A stretch of 46,289 nt of DNA from NCBI GenBank assembly GCA_003635305.1, contig PYJE01000068.1, positions 21,882-68,170 on the forward strand, in the 5' to 3' direction. Shown here in pieces: positions 1-8,550 of this stretch (its first letter is position 1; each line of letters opens with the position of its first letter). Source of the stretch: Candidatus Poribacteria bacterium. GTDB lineage: Bacteria; Poribacteria; WGA-4E; WGA-3G. The notes beneath the pieces are model-generated. The model had not been told where the DNA came from. It saw nothing but the letters and a program-made list of their open reading frames with translations, and did no database searches. A program made the position numbers and the translations under genes.

Positions 1-2
1 AC

Positions 3-539
3 GTGCAACTTAAGTTAGGTCCCTCCTACGGAATCTACCGATTCAAAGCCTTCCCAGCTCCCTATCACGACTTCACCATCACCGTCAAGAACATTGGCAG
101 TGAACAAGCGGATTTCGGCATCACCCTCGGCAAGCGGTTTCCCGAAGTCGTTGATGGAGAGCGGGTGCCCTTTTTCTACGACTTTTTTCCCCATCGCATC
201 GCCGCGCGGCGTTACGGCGAAGGATGGAACGACACATTGCCGCCTGGGTTTCGTGAACCTCGGCACCCAAAAACCGTATGGAAGACTCGGGAACTCCAGG
301 GAATGGCGGTGCATTTCAATCAGGGACATTTTCAACTGTTCGCAGAAGGTGAATTACGCGCCGATTTCCACGACCCGGGCTTTGCCCCCATTGAAATTAT
401 CGGATTTGTGATTGTGGGAACCGAAAATGTTGTCGGCACCGCGTGGGCAGATGCATTCACCCTTTCCGGCCCCGCGCTTGAAGTTTCGCCTAAAGCAAAA
501 TTGGCGACAACCTGGGGGAAACTCAAAAAAGGAAAATGA
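3..539 (+). CDS. Probable secreted beta-rich protein (5' truncated by the window) with C-terminal KLATTWGKLK tail; paralog of the next two genes
   Basis: Open frame from the window edge. Shares 'FFPH.IAA.R', 'GHFQLFA.G', 'IIGFVI.G', 'WADAFT.SGPAL.VSP..K..TTWG.LK' with 821-1531 and 1566-2270. Confidence 0.85.
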   Translation: MQLKLGPSYGIYRFKAFPAPYHDFTITVKNIGSEQADFGITLGKRFPEVVDGERVPFFYDFFPHRIAARRYGEGWNDTLPPGFREPRHPKTVWKTRELQGMAVHFNQGHFQLFAEGELRADFHDPGFAPIEIIGFVIVGTENVVGTAWADAFTLSGPALEVSPKAKLATTWGKLKKGK

Positions 540-757
540 CAGCACTCGTCAATCTGCCTATGAAAACTACCCTCTCATCGGTAAGAGGGAGCTCCTCAGC
601 CGCCGCAATGGAGCGGATATGAAGAACATTGGCGGGACCTTGATGATGAAAACATCATCAGATACATATTATCAAGCGGGCAAACTAGGATCCGTACGGC
701 ATCGGCCAGACAATCCGGAAGCGGTACGATTGCATTCGCTTGAATTAAACCTCAACT

Positions 758-790
758 CTGCGAGGGGAGGGGAATTCACTCCCCTCGCAG
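758..790. repeat. Perfect 12-bp inverted repeat (hairpin), REP-like or terminator-like
   Basis: ctgcgaggggag (758-769) / ctcccctcgcag (779-790), 9-nt loop. Confidence 0.6.
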
Positions 791-820
791 TCTCTCAGCA
801 CCGGTGGAGAATTGTGAAAA

Positions 821-1531
821 ATGGTTCATATAGCAACTATCTTTTTACTCCTTATATTGACTGCCGCTGTCAGTGTCTCTGCTGAAGCAGGTTGGTGGCG
901 GGATGACTTTCATACAAAAGCGTTAGAAAATTGGTGGATAGAACCCGAAAATTTCGTCCAAGAGTCCGTTTGGCGGGTGCAAGATGGATTTTTAACGGCG
1001 ACGATTCAGACAGAATGGGCCGTGAAATACGAACTCTTCGGATTCAGAGCCCTGCCACGTCCATATCATCAATTCATCGTTCAAGCAGAGAACCTCGGCG
1101 GTGAAGGCGCGAATATCGGCCTCGGACTCGCAAAAATCTTCCCTGACGCACCGGGAGCAAAGTGGTTTTTCTACCTCTTTTTCCCACATCAAATAGCCGC
1201 AACCCGTTTTGATGCAGACCATAAGAATGCCCCCTTTCTGGTTCGCGTTCCGCAGCATCCCGACACCTTCTGGGATACCTGGGAACTTGAGGAACTCGAA
1301 GTGCGTTTCACCGCAGGACACTTTCAACTGTTCGCCGATGGCACGCAGCGCGCAACATTCCAGGATGCCGATTTTTCGTTCATCGACATTATTGGCTTCG
1401 TGATAGAGGGAAACAACCACCGAAAAGGCAGGGTATGGGCAGATGCATTTACTATCTCCGGCCCCGCGCTTGAAGTTTCACCCACCGCCAAAATGACTAC
1501 CACCTGGGGATACCTCAAGAACCAACCCTAA
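821..1531 (+). CDS. Secreted beta-rich hypothetical protein with C-terminal KMTTTWGYLK tail
   Basis: Signal peptide (MVHIATIFLLLILTAAVSVSAEA). 'WRDDF' start typical of concanavalin/DUF1080-like folds (inference). GGAG upstream. Confidence 0.85.
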   Translation: MVHIATIFLLLILTAAVSVSAEAGWWRDDFHTKALENWWIEPENFVQESVWRVQDGFLTATIQTEWAVKYELFGFRALPRPYHQFIVQAENLGGEGANIGLGLAKIFPDAPGAKWFFYLFFPHQIAATRFDADHKNAPFLVRVPQHPDTFWDTWELEELEVRFTAGHFQLFADGTQRATFQDADFSFIDIIGFVIEGNNHRKGRVWADAFTISGPALEVSPTAKMTTTWGYLKNQP

Positions 1532-1565
1532 TGACGAGGGTTTGCCATCGGAGGACCGGAAAAAC

Positions 1566-2270
1566 ATGAAAAGCCGCATACACATCTTGATAGACATTGT
1601 GGTAATTTCTGTGGGTATAGTTTTTTTTACAGCTGCTTTCGCAGGCACCTGGCGGGATGACTTTAACGCAGGAGATGCAGAAAGTTGGTGGATAGCGGCC
1701 GAAGAGTCCGTTTGGCGCGTGCAAGATGGATTTTTAACGGCGACGATTCAGACAGAATGGGCTGTGAAATATGAACTCTTCGGCTTCAGAGCCCTGCCAC
1801 GCCCATATCACCAATTCACCGTTCAAGCAGAGAACCTCGGCGGTGAAGGCGCGAATATCGGACTGGGACTCGCAAAAATCTTCCCTGACGCACCAGGGGC
1901 AAAGTGGTTTTTCTACCTCTTTTTCCCACATCAAATAGCCGCAACTCGTTTCAACGGCGAAAACGGGAATGCCCCCTTTCTGGTTCGCGTTCCACAGCAT
2001 CCAGACACCTTCTGGGATACCTGGGAACTTGAGGAACTCGAAGTGCATTTCACCCCAGGACACTTTCAACTGTTCGCCGATGGCACGCAGCGCGCAGCAT
2101 TCCAGGATGTCGATTTTTCGTTCATTGATATTATTGGCTTCGTGATAGAGGGAAACAACCACCGAAAAGGCAGGGTATGGGCAGATGCATTTACTATCTC
2201 CGGTCCCGCGCTTGATGTCTCGTCCAAAACGAAATTGGCAACGACATGGGGAAAACTCAAGCGTCAATAA
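1566..2270 (+). CDS. Secreted beta-rich hypothetical protein with C-terminal KLATTWGKLK tail; recent tandem paralog of 821-1531
   Basis: Signal peptide ending AAFA-GTWRDDF. nt 1703-2215 nearly identical to 961-1473. Confidence 0.85.
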   Translation: MKSRIHILIDIVVISVGIVFFTAAFAGTWRDDFNAGDAESWWIAAEESVWRVQDGFLTATIQTEWAVKYELFGFRALPRPYHQFTVQAENLGGEGANIGLGLAKIFPDAPGAKWFFYLFFPHQIAATRFNGENGNAPFLVRVPQHPDTFWDTWELEELEVHFTPGHFQLFADGTQRAAFQDVDFSFIDIIGFVIEGNNHRKGRVWADAFTISGPALDVSSKTKLATTWGKLKRQ

Positions 2271-2411
2271 AGCATCTTCTGTAGGAGGAACGCCCGGTCC
2301 CGACGCTTTGGAACCGCAGTAACCGGCAGCTCCTCTCCCGAAACAACTCGTGTTCGTTTTTTGAATCTTCATTAGCGGCTTAATAGCAGTAGAAGGAAGC
2401 ATCACACCTGC

Positions 2412-2440
2412 GATAGGCGCGCTTCCAAAACGCGCCTACC
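2412..2440 (-). repeat. GTAG-type REP-like palindrome, family B (GTAGGCGCGxTTxxAAxCGCGC)
   Basis: gataggcgcgcttccaaaacgcgcctacc; related copies at 17318, 27932, 34308, 41241, 41292, 41879, 43629. Confidence 0.8.
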
Positions 2441-2463
2441 CGCAAGTGCTACTGGAGGAAATA

Positions 2464-2946
2464 ATGAAAATCTTTACGGAATCACTCATCATCACGTTTT
2501 GGATAGGTATCGGGGCCTTAGCACTCTGGGGCGCAGAACTTGCCGGACTCCTGCGCACGGATCCCCCCAGCCATCCTCAAAACACGTTTCCCATAGAAAT
2601 CGAGCTGCCGGAAGTGTATCAAGTTTGGCAGCGAGGTGAGGCGGTTTTTGTGGATGCACGCGCCCCTTACCATTTCAACGAGGGACACATCCCCGGTGCC
2701 GTGAATGTCCCTGTCAACCGCATCAAGGAAACCTTGTCCGTATTGCCAACGGATAAGAACGCGCATCTGATTACCTACTGCGGCAGTATCAACTGCCCGA
2801 ATGTGTATCAATTGATGCATTTGCTGTGGGAAGAAGGCTACCGAAACATCCAGTTTTTTCCGAGTGGCATTTTCGGGTGGGAAATGTCCGGCCATCCACT
2901 GGAGGGGGAGTCGGCACTGGAGAGCCCCGGCTCCCGCAAAAAATGA
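2464..2946 (+). CDS. Rhodanese-like domain protein with N-terminal membrane anchor
   Basis: 'FVDARAPYHFNEGHIPGAVNVP', active-site loop 'YCGSINC', 'GIFGW'; GGAGG RBS. Confidence 0.9.
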   Translation: MKIFTESLIITFWIGIGALALWGAELAGLLRTDPPSHPQNTFPIEIELPEVYQVWQRGEAVFVDARAPYHFNEGHIPGAVNVPVNRIKETLSVLPTDKNAHLITYCGSINCPNVYQLMHLLWEEGYRNIQFFPSGIFGWEMSGHPLEGESALESPGSRKK

Positions 2947-3404
2947 AAACAGCTGCCGCTGTCTTGATGACGCTTCTCCGAGTCGCCCTCGGCGCAATTC
3001 TCTTCTCCTCCGGCATCGCCAAAGTTGATGGCTTCGGCACCTTCGTCGCAGCGGTTGAGAGTTATCATATCTTGCCCGCGGTGCTGAGCCTCCCCGCGAG
3101 CTATCTGCTCCTATCGGCAGAGATAACGCTAGGGATAGCGTTGTGCATCGGCTACCGGCTATCGGGGGCTGGCGTAGTGGCATCGCTGCTCTTCCTCTGC
3201 TTTGCATTCGCACTCGCCTCCGTATTGTGGCGAAACCTGCGGCTCTCCTCGTGCGGGTGTGACAATGTGCTGTTTGAATGGCTGTCGCTCTCACAAGCAC
3301 CAACATGGCAAGCAGTTTGCATCGATGGAATTTTCGCCGCCGCGAGCCTGTTCATCGCCTTCTCCCGCGAACGCGGATATAGTGTAGAGTCCCTCGTCAA
3401 ATGA
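2943..3404 (+). CDS. MauE/DoxX family membrane protein
   Basis: 'LLRVALGAILFSSGIAK', 'AEITLG', 'SCGC', about 4 TM helices; ATGA overlap with the rhodanese stop. Confidence 0.85.
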   Translation: MKTAAAVLMTLLRVALGAILFSSGIAKVDGFGTFVAAVESYHILPAVLSLPASYLLLSAEITLGIALCIGYRLSGAGVVASLLFLCFAFALASVLWRNLRLSSCGCDNVLFEWLSLSQAPTWQAVCIDGIFAAASLFIAFSRERGYSVESLVK

Positions 3405-3931
3405 TCTTTTGTCTTGGCGCAAACCGTTCCGCCATGGCATGTCGCACAACACAGATTGACTTACCAGAAAATTCAGCACAAAAACGGGGAGACACACCTT
3501 TGCACCAGAAATCCCTAGCGAACGCCTTGCGAAATACGAACATCCTCATTCCCGCGCTGTTTCTCCTCGCCATCCTCACCATCTTGGTGAACAATCGGCG
3601 TGAAGGGAACAGCGGCAATGCCGTTCCCAAACCGTTCGCACAACTGAGCACGGACTTATGCGACTTCGGCGATATCCCGCTTAACACAACGCATACGCAG
3701 CAGGTAATCCTCTCCGTAAACGTGCCGATGGATACAGCCAAGATCCGCCTCATGCCGACACACCACCCCGCGTTGAAATGGAAACTCACGCCGACATCAA
3801 AAGGAAACCTCCTCATCACGATTCAGTTAGGAACGCTGAAAGAGCCGGGCATTTTTTCAGCGTTACTCACGGTGGCTTTTCCGAATGAACGGACATTGAC
3901 GCTGCCTGTATTGGCGCGATGCATTCGGTGA
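3401..3931 (+). CDS. Membrane-anchored Ig-like (DUF1573-like) hypothetical protein
   Basis: One TM segment followed by 'CDFGDI...G.FSA.LTV...LTLPV.A'; ATGA overlap. Start uncertain. Confidence 0.55.
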   Translation: MIFCLGANRSAMACRTTQIDLPENSAQKRGDTPLHQKSLANALRNTNILIPALFLLAILTILVNNRREGNSGNAVPKPFAQLSTDLCDFGDIPLNTTHTQQVILSVNVPMDTAKIRLMPTHHPALKWKLTPTSKGNLLITIQLGTLKEPGIFSALLTVAFPNERTLTLPVLARCIR

Positions 3932-3947
3932 CGCTCGGAACGCAATT

Positions 3948-4712
3948 TTACGAAAGCCCCATCGCCTGCATGTTACGCAGGCTGATACCGAGACTCTCAA
4001 ACGGGTCGCGTTCATAGCAAGAATCTTGCTCAACGATATACCATTCCACACCAGCATAAACGCACGCGTCCAAAATCGCGGGCCAATTCAGGTTGCCTTC
4101 GCCGACTTCCGCGAAGCGTTGGGTAGAACCCTGCATCGCCATATCCTTGAAATGGATGATTTGGGCGCGGTCCTTCAACTTCCGAATCCATTCGCCCGGG
4201 TCGCCGCCGCCGTGTTGGATCCAGTAGGTATCAAGTTCGCTGAGGAAATAGTTCGCATCGCTCTCTTCGTAGAGGATGGCTAATCCGGTGCGCCCATTAA
4301 AGCGTTCCAACTCAAAACTGTGGTTGTGATAGGAAAAGGTGAGCCCCCCTTCAGCAAGGCGCGCGGCGACTTCGGATGCCTCTTTCGCAAACGTGGCAAA
4401 TCCCGCGGCGTTGCGATATTCGCCGGGGATACCGCCGATGGCAGCATGTTTGCATCCCCACAATTGATGCTCGTCAATGACGGCTTGCGGTTCGTCACGC
4501 ATCCGCGCATAGTCGGTGTGCGTCGCGCAGATGGTGATGCCTTCGCCGTCTACGATATTCTTGAGCTCTGCCGGTGAAATCGGGCCGAGCGCAGAGCATT
4601 GCACCGCTTCATAGCCGAGCTGCCGCACCTTTTTTATCGTTTCGGCAATGTCAGCCTCGGTCTTGGTAAAGTCCCGAACGGTATAGAGTTGCGCTGCAAT
4701 TTGTGTTGTCAT
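3948..4712 (-). CDS. Sugar phosphate isomerase/epimerase (TIM barrel, IolE/XylA-like)
   Basis: 'QLYTVRD', 'YHNHSFE', 'ELDTYW', 'HFKD', 'VEQD' metal motifs. Confidence 0.9.
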   Translation of the reverse strand: MTTQIAAQLYTVRDFTKTEADIAETIKKVRQLGYEAVQCSALGPISPAELKNIVDGEGITICATHTDYARMRDEPQAVIDEHQLWGCKHAAIGGIPGEYRNAAGFATFAKEASEVAARLAEGGLTFSYHNHSFELERFNGRTGLAILYEESDANYFLSELDTYWIQHGGGDPGEWIRKLKDRAQIIHFKDMAMQGSTQRFAEVGEGNLNWPAILDACVYAGVEWYIVEQDSCYERDPFESLGISLRNMQAMGLS

Positions 4713-4783
4713 GAATTCTGTCCTTTTTCCTATAAGGGCGGATGTCTGTATCCGCCGCTCTGTGAAACATAGAATTTGCAAAC

Positions 4784-4812
4784 AATTTACCTAAAAATCC
4801 AAAAGATGTCAA
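4784..4812 (-). promoter_or_regulatory. Sigma70-type promoter for the isomerase gene
   Basis: Minus strand TTGACA-N17-TAAATT. Confidence 0.6.
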
Positions 4813-4836
4813 GAGAAAAAATGTAGCGCAGGAAAC

Positions 4837-4859
4837 GTAGATATTGACAACGTCGATAG
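4837..4859 (+). repeat. GTAG-type REP-like palindrome, family D variant
   Basis: gtagatattgac-aac-gtcgatag; same 'aac' loop and stem as the 9469 and 31650 copies. Confidence 0.6.
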
Positions 4860-4924
4860 TGGTATAACTCTAGCACTTGCTGCCAAGCGGACAGAGAAAT
4901 TCACATTCATCAGAAAAATTTGAC

Positions 4925-4953
4925 TTGCATAGAAAGAACATTTTTGGTAAACT
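4925..4953 (+). promoter_or_regulatory. Sigma70-type promoter giving a probably leaderless transcript of the DUF1232 gene
   Basis: TTGCAT-N17-TAAACT with TG extension, ending 8 nt before ATG 4962; no SD visible. Confidence 0.5.
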
Positions 4954-4961
4954 AATCCATT

Positions 4962-5321
4962 ATGAACACTTTTTTCTTTGGCGGCAACAGCCGTGGCCGC
5001 GGCCGTGGCCGCTTGTTACGCATCTTACTCCATTTCCCGAATTTTATCCGACTGACGTGGCGACTGTTCGGCGACGAGCGCGTGCCTATCTACCGAAAGG
5101 CGATCCTCGTGCTAGCGGAGCTCCTCGCGGTGGCTTTCGCGATTGCCTATTTCGTGAACCCGCTCGATCTGGATTTTCTCCCGATTTTCGGCCACATCGA
5201 TGATCTACTCATCGGCGCGCTAGTTATTCTGGTCCCTGGCGCGTGGCTATTCATTCGGATGTGCCCGCCGCATGTCGTCCGCGAACACGTTGAACGGATC
5301 TCCGGCCGGTCCTTCCGCTAA
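4962..5321 (+). CDS. DUF1232 (YkvA-like) membrane protein
   Basis: 'D.RVP...KA', 'YFVNPLDLDFLPIFGHIDD' signature. Confidence 0.85.
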   Translation: MNTFFFGGNSRGRGRGRLLRILLHFPNFIRLTWRLFGDERVPIYRKAILVLAELLAVAFAIAYFVNPLDLDFLPIFGHIDDLLIGALVILVPGAWLFIRMCPPHVVREHVERISGRSFR

Positions 5322-5525
5322 TTTTTTGTCAGCCGAAATGCAAGTCTTAACAACGTAATTCGGCTCAGAAACCGTTTCCGAACGCATTGCGCAATACAGA
5401 AATTTTTTGGAACTTTAAGGGGAAATAGGTGTGTTTTTAAAATGTAAATACCAAAATTCGGGTGCCCTCTGAAAGACTATCTCCACAAAACACAGAAGCA
5501 CCCAATCTGAAATGGAGGCTATCCC

Positions 5526-7148
5526 ATGTTTAAATCCAGCACCACTCTACAAAAACGTGTAGGGATGCTTTTACTTTTCGTCGGGCTCATCGCTGTCGCG
5601 GGGCTCGTCATCAACCGGGGCTCAGTCATCTTCGCCCCCGGGAGCGCGGACACTCCCATCAACCGGGGAGGCGAGCACTTCCTGGTGCCAACGGTTCTCG
5701 CGCAAACCAACGAACCTTTTCAGCATTCCGAGGATTTCCAGGCTCTGGCGCGCGCGAATCGAGCGTTTATCGCGCTTGTTGAGCAGACGCGCCCATCCGT
5801 TGTCAAAATCCAGACTGCGAGAGCGATTAACTTCCGCGCAACAGATAGGAATGACAACTTTTTCCGGTTCTTTTTCGACAGCCCGCTGCCCCGAGGCGAT
5901 GAAGAACGCCGTCATCTTCAACGCGGGACCGGCTCCGGCGTGATTGTCAGTGATGACGGCTACATTCTCACGAATAATCACGTCATCGAAGGCGCAGACG
6001 AAATTACCGTTGTCCTCTCAAATGAAAGGCAATACAAGGCGGAACTCATCGGCCGCGATCCGGCCGGCAGCGGTGCCGGCGGCAGTGATCTTGCCGTTCT
6101 CAAAATCGAGGCGGAAGGGCTCCCCGCGATTCCCTTCGGCGATTCGGATGCCCTCGAAGTCGGCGAGTGGGTCATCGCGATTGGGACACCCCTAGAATTC
6201 TCGCAGACTGTCACACGCGGGATTGTCAGCGCGAAAGACAGACCTGGGTTTACCATGAGAGATTACGCGCAATTCATCCAAACTGATGCGCCGATTAATC
6301 GCGGCAACAGCGGCGGCGCGCTGATTAACATCCGAGGCGAACTCGTCGGCATTAATACCTTAATCGCTACCAGCGGTTTCACCACCGGAAACATCGGCAT
6401 CGGGTTCGCCATTCCAAGCAACATGGCACGCAGTATCATGCCGCAACTCATCGAAAACGGGAAGGTAGTGCGCGGATGGCTCGGCATCAGCATGAACCCA
6501 GTCGACTTCGATCTGGCCGAAAAACTCAAAATGGAGAGCCCTCACGGTGCCCTAGTCACGCAAGTCGGCAAAGGCAGCCCGGCGGAAAAAGGCGGCATCC
6601 AACGCGGCGATGTTATCATTGCATTTGACGGTGTGAAAATCCGGAACTTCGCGCACCTGAAGCACGTTGTCGGCGCGGCAGGTGTCGGAAAATCGGTTGA
6701 CGTGACAGTCCTCCGAGCCGGAAAAGAAAAACGGCTCACCATAAAATTAGGCAAGCGGACAGAAGCAGTCTTAGAGAGACTCGAGGACTCGCCGCACACC
6801 GTTCCCGACACGGCAGAACCTCAAACCGATTTTGCCGGGCTTCGCGTGCAGGCACTGACACCGGCCTTTATTGAACGCTACGGCTACGCACCAGACGAAA
6901 CCGGTGTCATCGTCACGCACGTCGAGAAGGGGAGCAATGCCGAGAAGAAGGGCATCACCCCCGGAACCCTCATCCAAGAGATGGAATACACACCTATTGA
7001 CAAACTGGAGACATATTCCGCTTTGGCCCAGCGGTTGGCAGCGAGTGAGGAAAAGCGCATCCTCCTCTACGTTAAATTCCCAAACGGAGAGGGAGCCGGT
7101 TACGTTACCTTAAACCTTGCCCTAGACGACGAAAAATCCGAACGGTAA
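5526..7148 (+). CDS. degP: Do/DegQ (HtrA) family serine endopeptidase with two PDZ domains
   Basis: 'GTGSGVI', 'TNNHVI', 'DLAVLKI', 'IQTDAPINRGNSGGAL' triad; two PDZ domains; N-terminal TM/signal segment. Confidence 0.92.
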   Translation: MFKSSTTLQKRVGMLLLFVGLIAVAGLVINRGSVIFAPGSADTPINRGGEHFLVPTVLAQTNEPFQHSEDFQALARANRAFIALVEQTRPSVVKIQTARAINFRATDRNDNFFRFFFDSPLPRGDEERRHLQRGTGSGVIVSDDGYILTNNHVIEGADEITVVLSNERQYKAELIGRDPAGSGAGGSDLAVLKIEAEGLPAIPFGDSDALEVGEWVIAIGTPLEFSQTVTRGIVSAKDRPGFTMRDYAQFIQTDAPINRGNSGGALINIRGELVGINTLIATSGFTTGNIGIGFAIPSNMARSIMPQLIENGKVVRGWLGISMNPVDFDLAEKLKMESPHGALVTQVGKGSPAEKGGIQRGDVIIAFDGVKIRNFAHLKHVVGAAGVGKSVDVTVLRAGKEKRLTIKLGKRTEAVLERLEDSPHTVPDTAEPQTDFAGLRVQALTPAFIERYGYAPDETGVIVTHVEKGSNAEKKGITPGTLIQEMEYTPIDKLETYSALAQRLAASEEKRILLYVKFPNGEGAGYVTLNLALDDEKSER

Positions 7149-7198
7149 TTTCGGAGGTAGGGCTCAAATGAACATCCGAAGATAACCGGAGCATTTCG

Positions 7199-7257
7199 GT
7201 AGGCGGGACATCCCTGTCCCGATACCCTTCGTGTCGAGACAGGGAGCTCTCTCCTAT
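7199..7257. repeat. Inverted doublet of GTAG-type REP-like elements, family A (GTAGGxGxGACATCCCTGTCxCGA)
   Basis: gtaggcgggacatccctgtcccga (7199-7222) plus inverted tcgagacagggagctctctcctat (7234-7257). Confidence 0.8.
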
Positions 7258-7409
7258 CGGGAAACCTCCGGTAGTCGGAAATGGTTCGTTTTAACAACGT
7301 CGATATCGGATATACGGCAAGAGACGTTCATGAACCAGAAACCGTTATTGAATGGTTACGCAGACAGAAACGTGAAAGCGTCTTCTACCTTTCGCGAAAC
7401 GAGGAAAAT

Positions 7410-8420
7410 ATGAGCGGAAAACGGGTTGTTTGGCCAGAACGTGCCAAAGTTGACATCGAAGATTTTGAAATCCCCTCCATCGGCGATGACGAGGTGCTTG
7501 TGGAAACCGAATGCAGCCTCATCAGCCCCGGCACGGAACGCGCCTTTTTATTAGGGCTCCCCAACGCCACAGGCGGCTTCCCCTCGCGTCCCGGCTACAG
7601 CAATATCGGGAAAGTCATCGCCATCGGGAAAGCCGTCACAGGATGGGAGGTAGGCGAACGCGTTGCCTCTACACGCGGACACACCAGCCACTTCGCCACT
7701 GAACCCAATCGGTTGCTTAAGTTGGAAGCACCTGATTCCAACACCTCCACCGCGCTCGCCGAGGAAGCTGTCTTTTTTCAACTCGGCGCAATCGCTTTGC
7801 AAGGCATCCGGAAGGCGCGCATAGAATTAGGCGAAGCAACGTTGGTGCTTGGACAAGGGCTCATCGGTTTGCTCGCGCTGCAACTCGCCAGACTGAACGG
7901 CGCAATCCCAGCCATCGCAGCAGATTTGACAGATAGCCGCCTTGAGGTATCCAAACACATCGGCGCAGACTGCACACTCAACCCCGAAAATGCCGACTTC
8001 TCCGAACAATTGGCAGCAGCGACAAGTGGGAAAGGAACGACGGTTGTCATCGAGGCGACAGGACATCCCGACGCAATCAGCACCGCGTTAGACGTAGCAG
8101 GATGGGGCGCGCGGGTTATCCTCCTCTCAAGCACGCGCGGCGAAACACCCAAGGTCAACTTCTACCGAGATGTCCACAAAAAGGGACTCATCCTCTATGG
8201 CGCGCACAATTCCATCCGGCCCCGCCATGAGTCCTCATCGCATTTCTGGACGCTGGAAGATGACAGTAGATTGATGCTCAAACTCATCGCACAGAAACGG
8301 TTCACCGTCGCGCCGCTCATCACGCATCGCATGCGCGGCGAGGAGGCACCGAAGGCGTATCAACTGCTAATGGCATGGAACCCTGGCCTGCTCGGTGTAG
8401 TCCTCCAATGGAACACATAG
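7410..8420 (+). CDS. MDR-superfamily (zinc-binding alcohol dehydrogenase-like) oxidoreductase
   Basis: 'SLISPGTE', 'PGYS..G', Rossmann 'GQGLIG', 'VIEATG'; GAGG RBS before ATG 7410. Confidence 0.88.
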   Translation: MSGKRVVWPERAKVDIEDFEIPSIGDDEVLVETECSLISPGTERAFLLGLPNATGGFPSRPGYSNIGKVIAIGKAVTGWEVGERVASTRGHTSHFATEPNRLLKLEAPDSNTSTALAEEAVFFQLGAIALQGIRKARIELGEATLVLGQGLIGLLALQLARLNGAIPAIAADLTDSRLEVSKHIGADCTLNPENADFSEQLAAATSGKGTTVVIEATGHPDAISTALDVAGWGARVILLSSTRGETPKVNFYRDVHKKGLILYGAHNSIRPRHESSSHFWTLEDDSRLMLKLIAQKRFTVAPLITHRMRGEEAPKAYQLLMAWNPGLLGVVLQWNT

Positions 8421-8550
8421 CTATCTCCAGGAACCTCGTCATCGACAAAGGTTACGCCGACAGAAAACGTGAAAGCGTTGCTTCGCGAAAATTTTCTACC
8501 TTTTCGCAAAAGCACGCTGCCTTTAATGACATATAGACGGAGAGAGGTTC

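Noticed and set aside
412-885. 157-aa ORF bridging the first intergenic region
   Set aside because: Overlaps two real genes in other frames, runs through a hairpin, and has no recognisable features.
961-2215. Diversity-generating retroelement TR/VR pair
   Set aside because: Differences are not adenine-specific, both copies are intact genes, and no reverse transcriptase is in the window.
4844-4868. TTGACA...TATAAC promoter
   Set aside because: The spacer is only 13 nt and the TTGACA lies within a family D palindrome.
5409-5437. Sigma-E-type promoter (GGAACTT) upstream of degP
   Set aside because: The -35 element is suggestive and biologically plausible, but there is no convincing -10 element at the expected spacing.
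7281-7409. N-terminal extension of the dehydrogenase
   Set aside because: Overlaps repeat-like leader sequence; RBS and family similarity start at ATG 7410.
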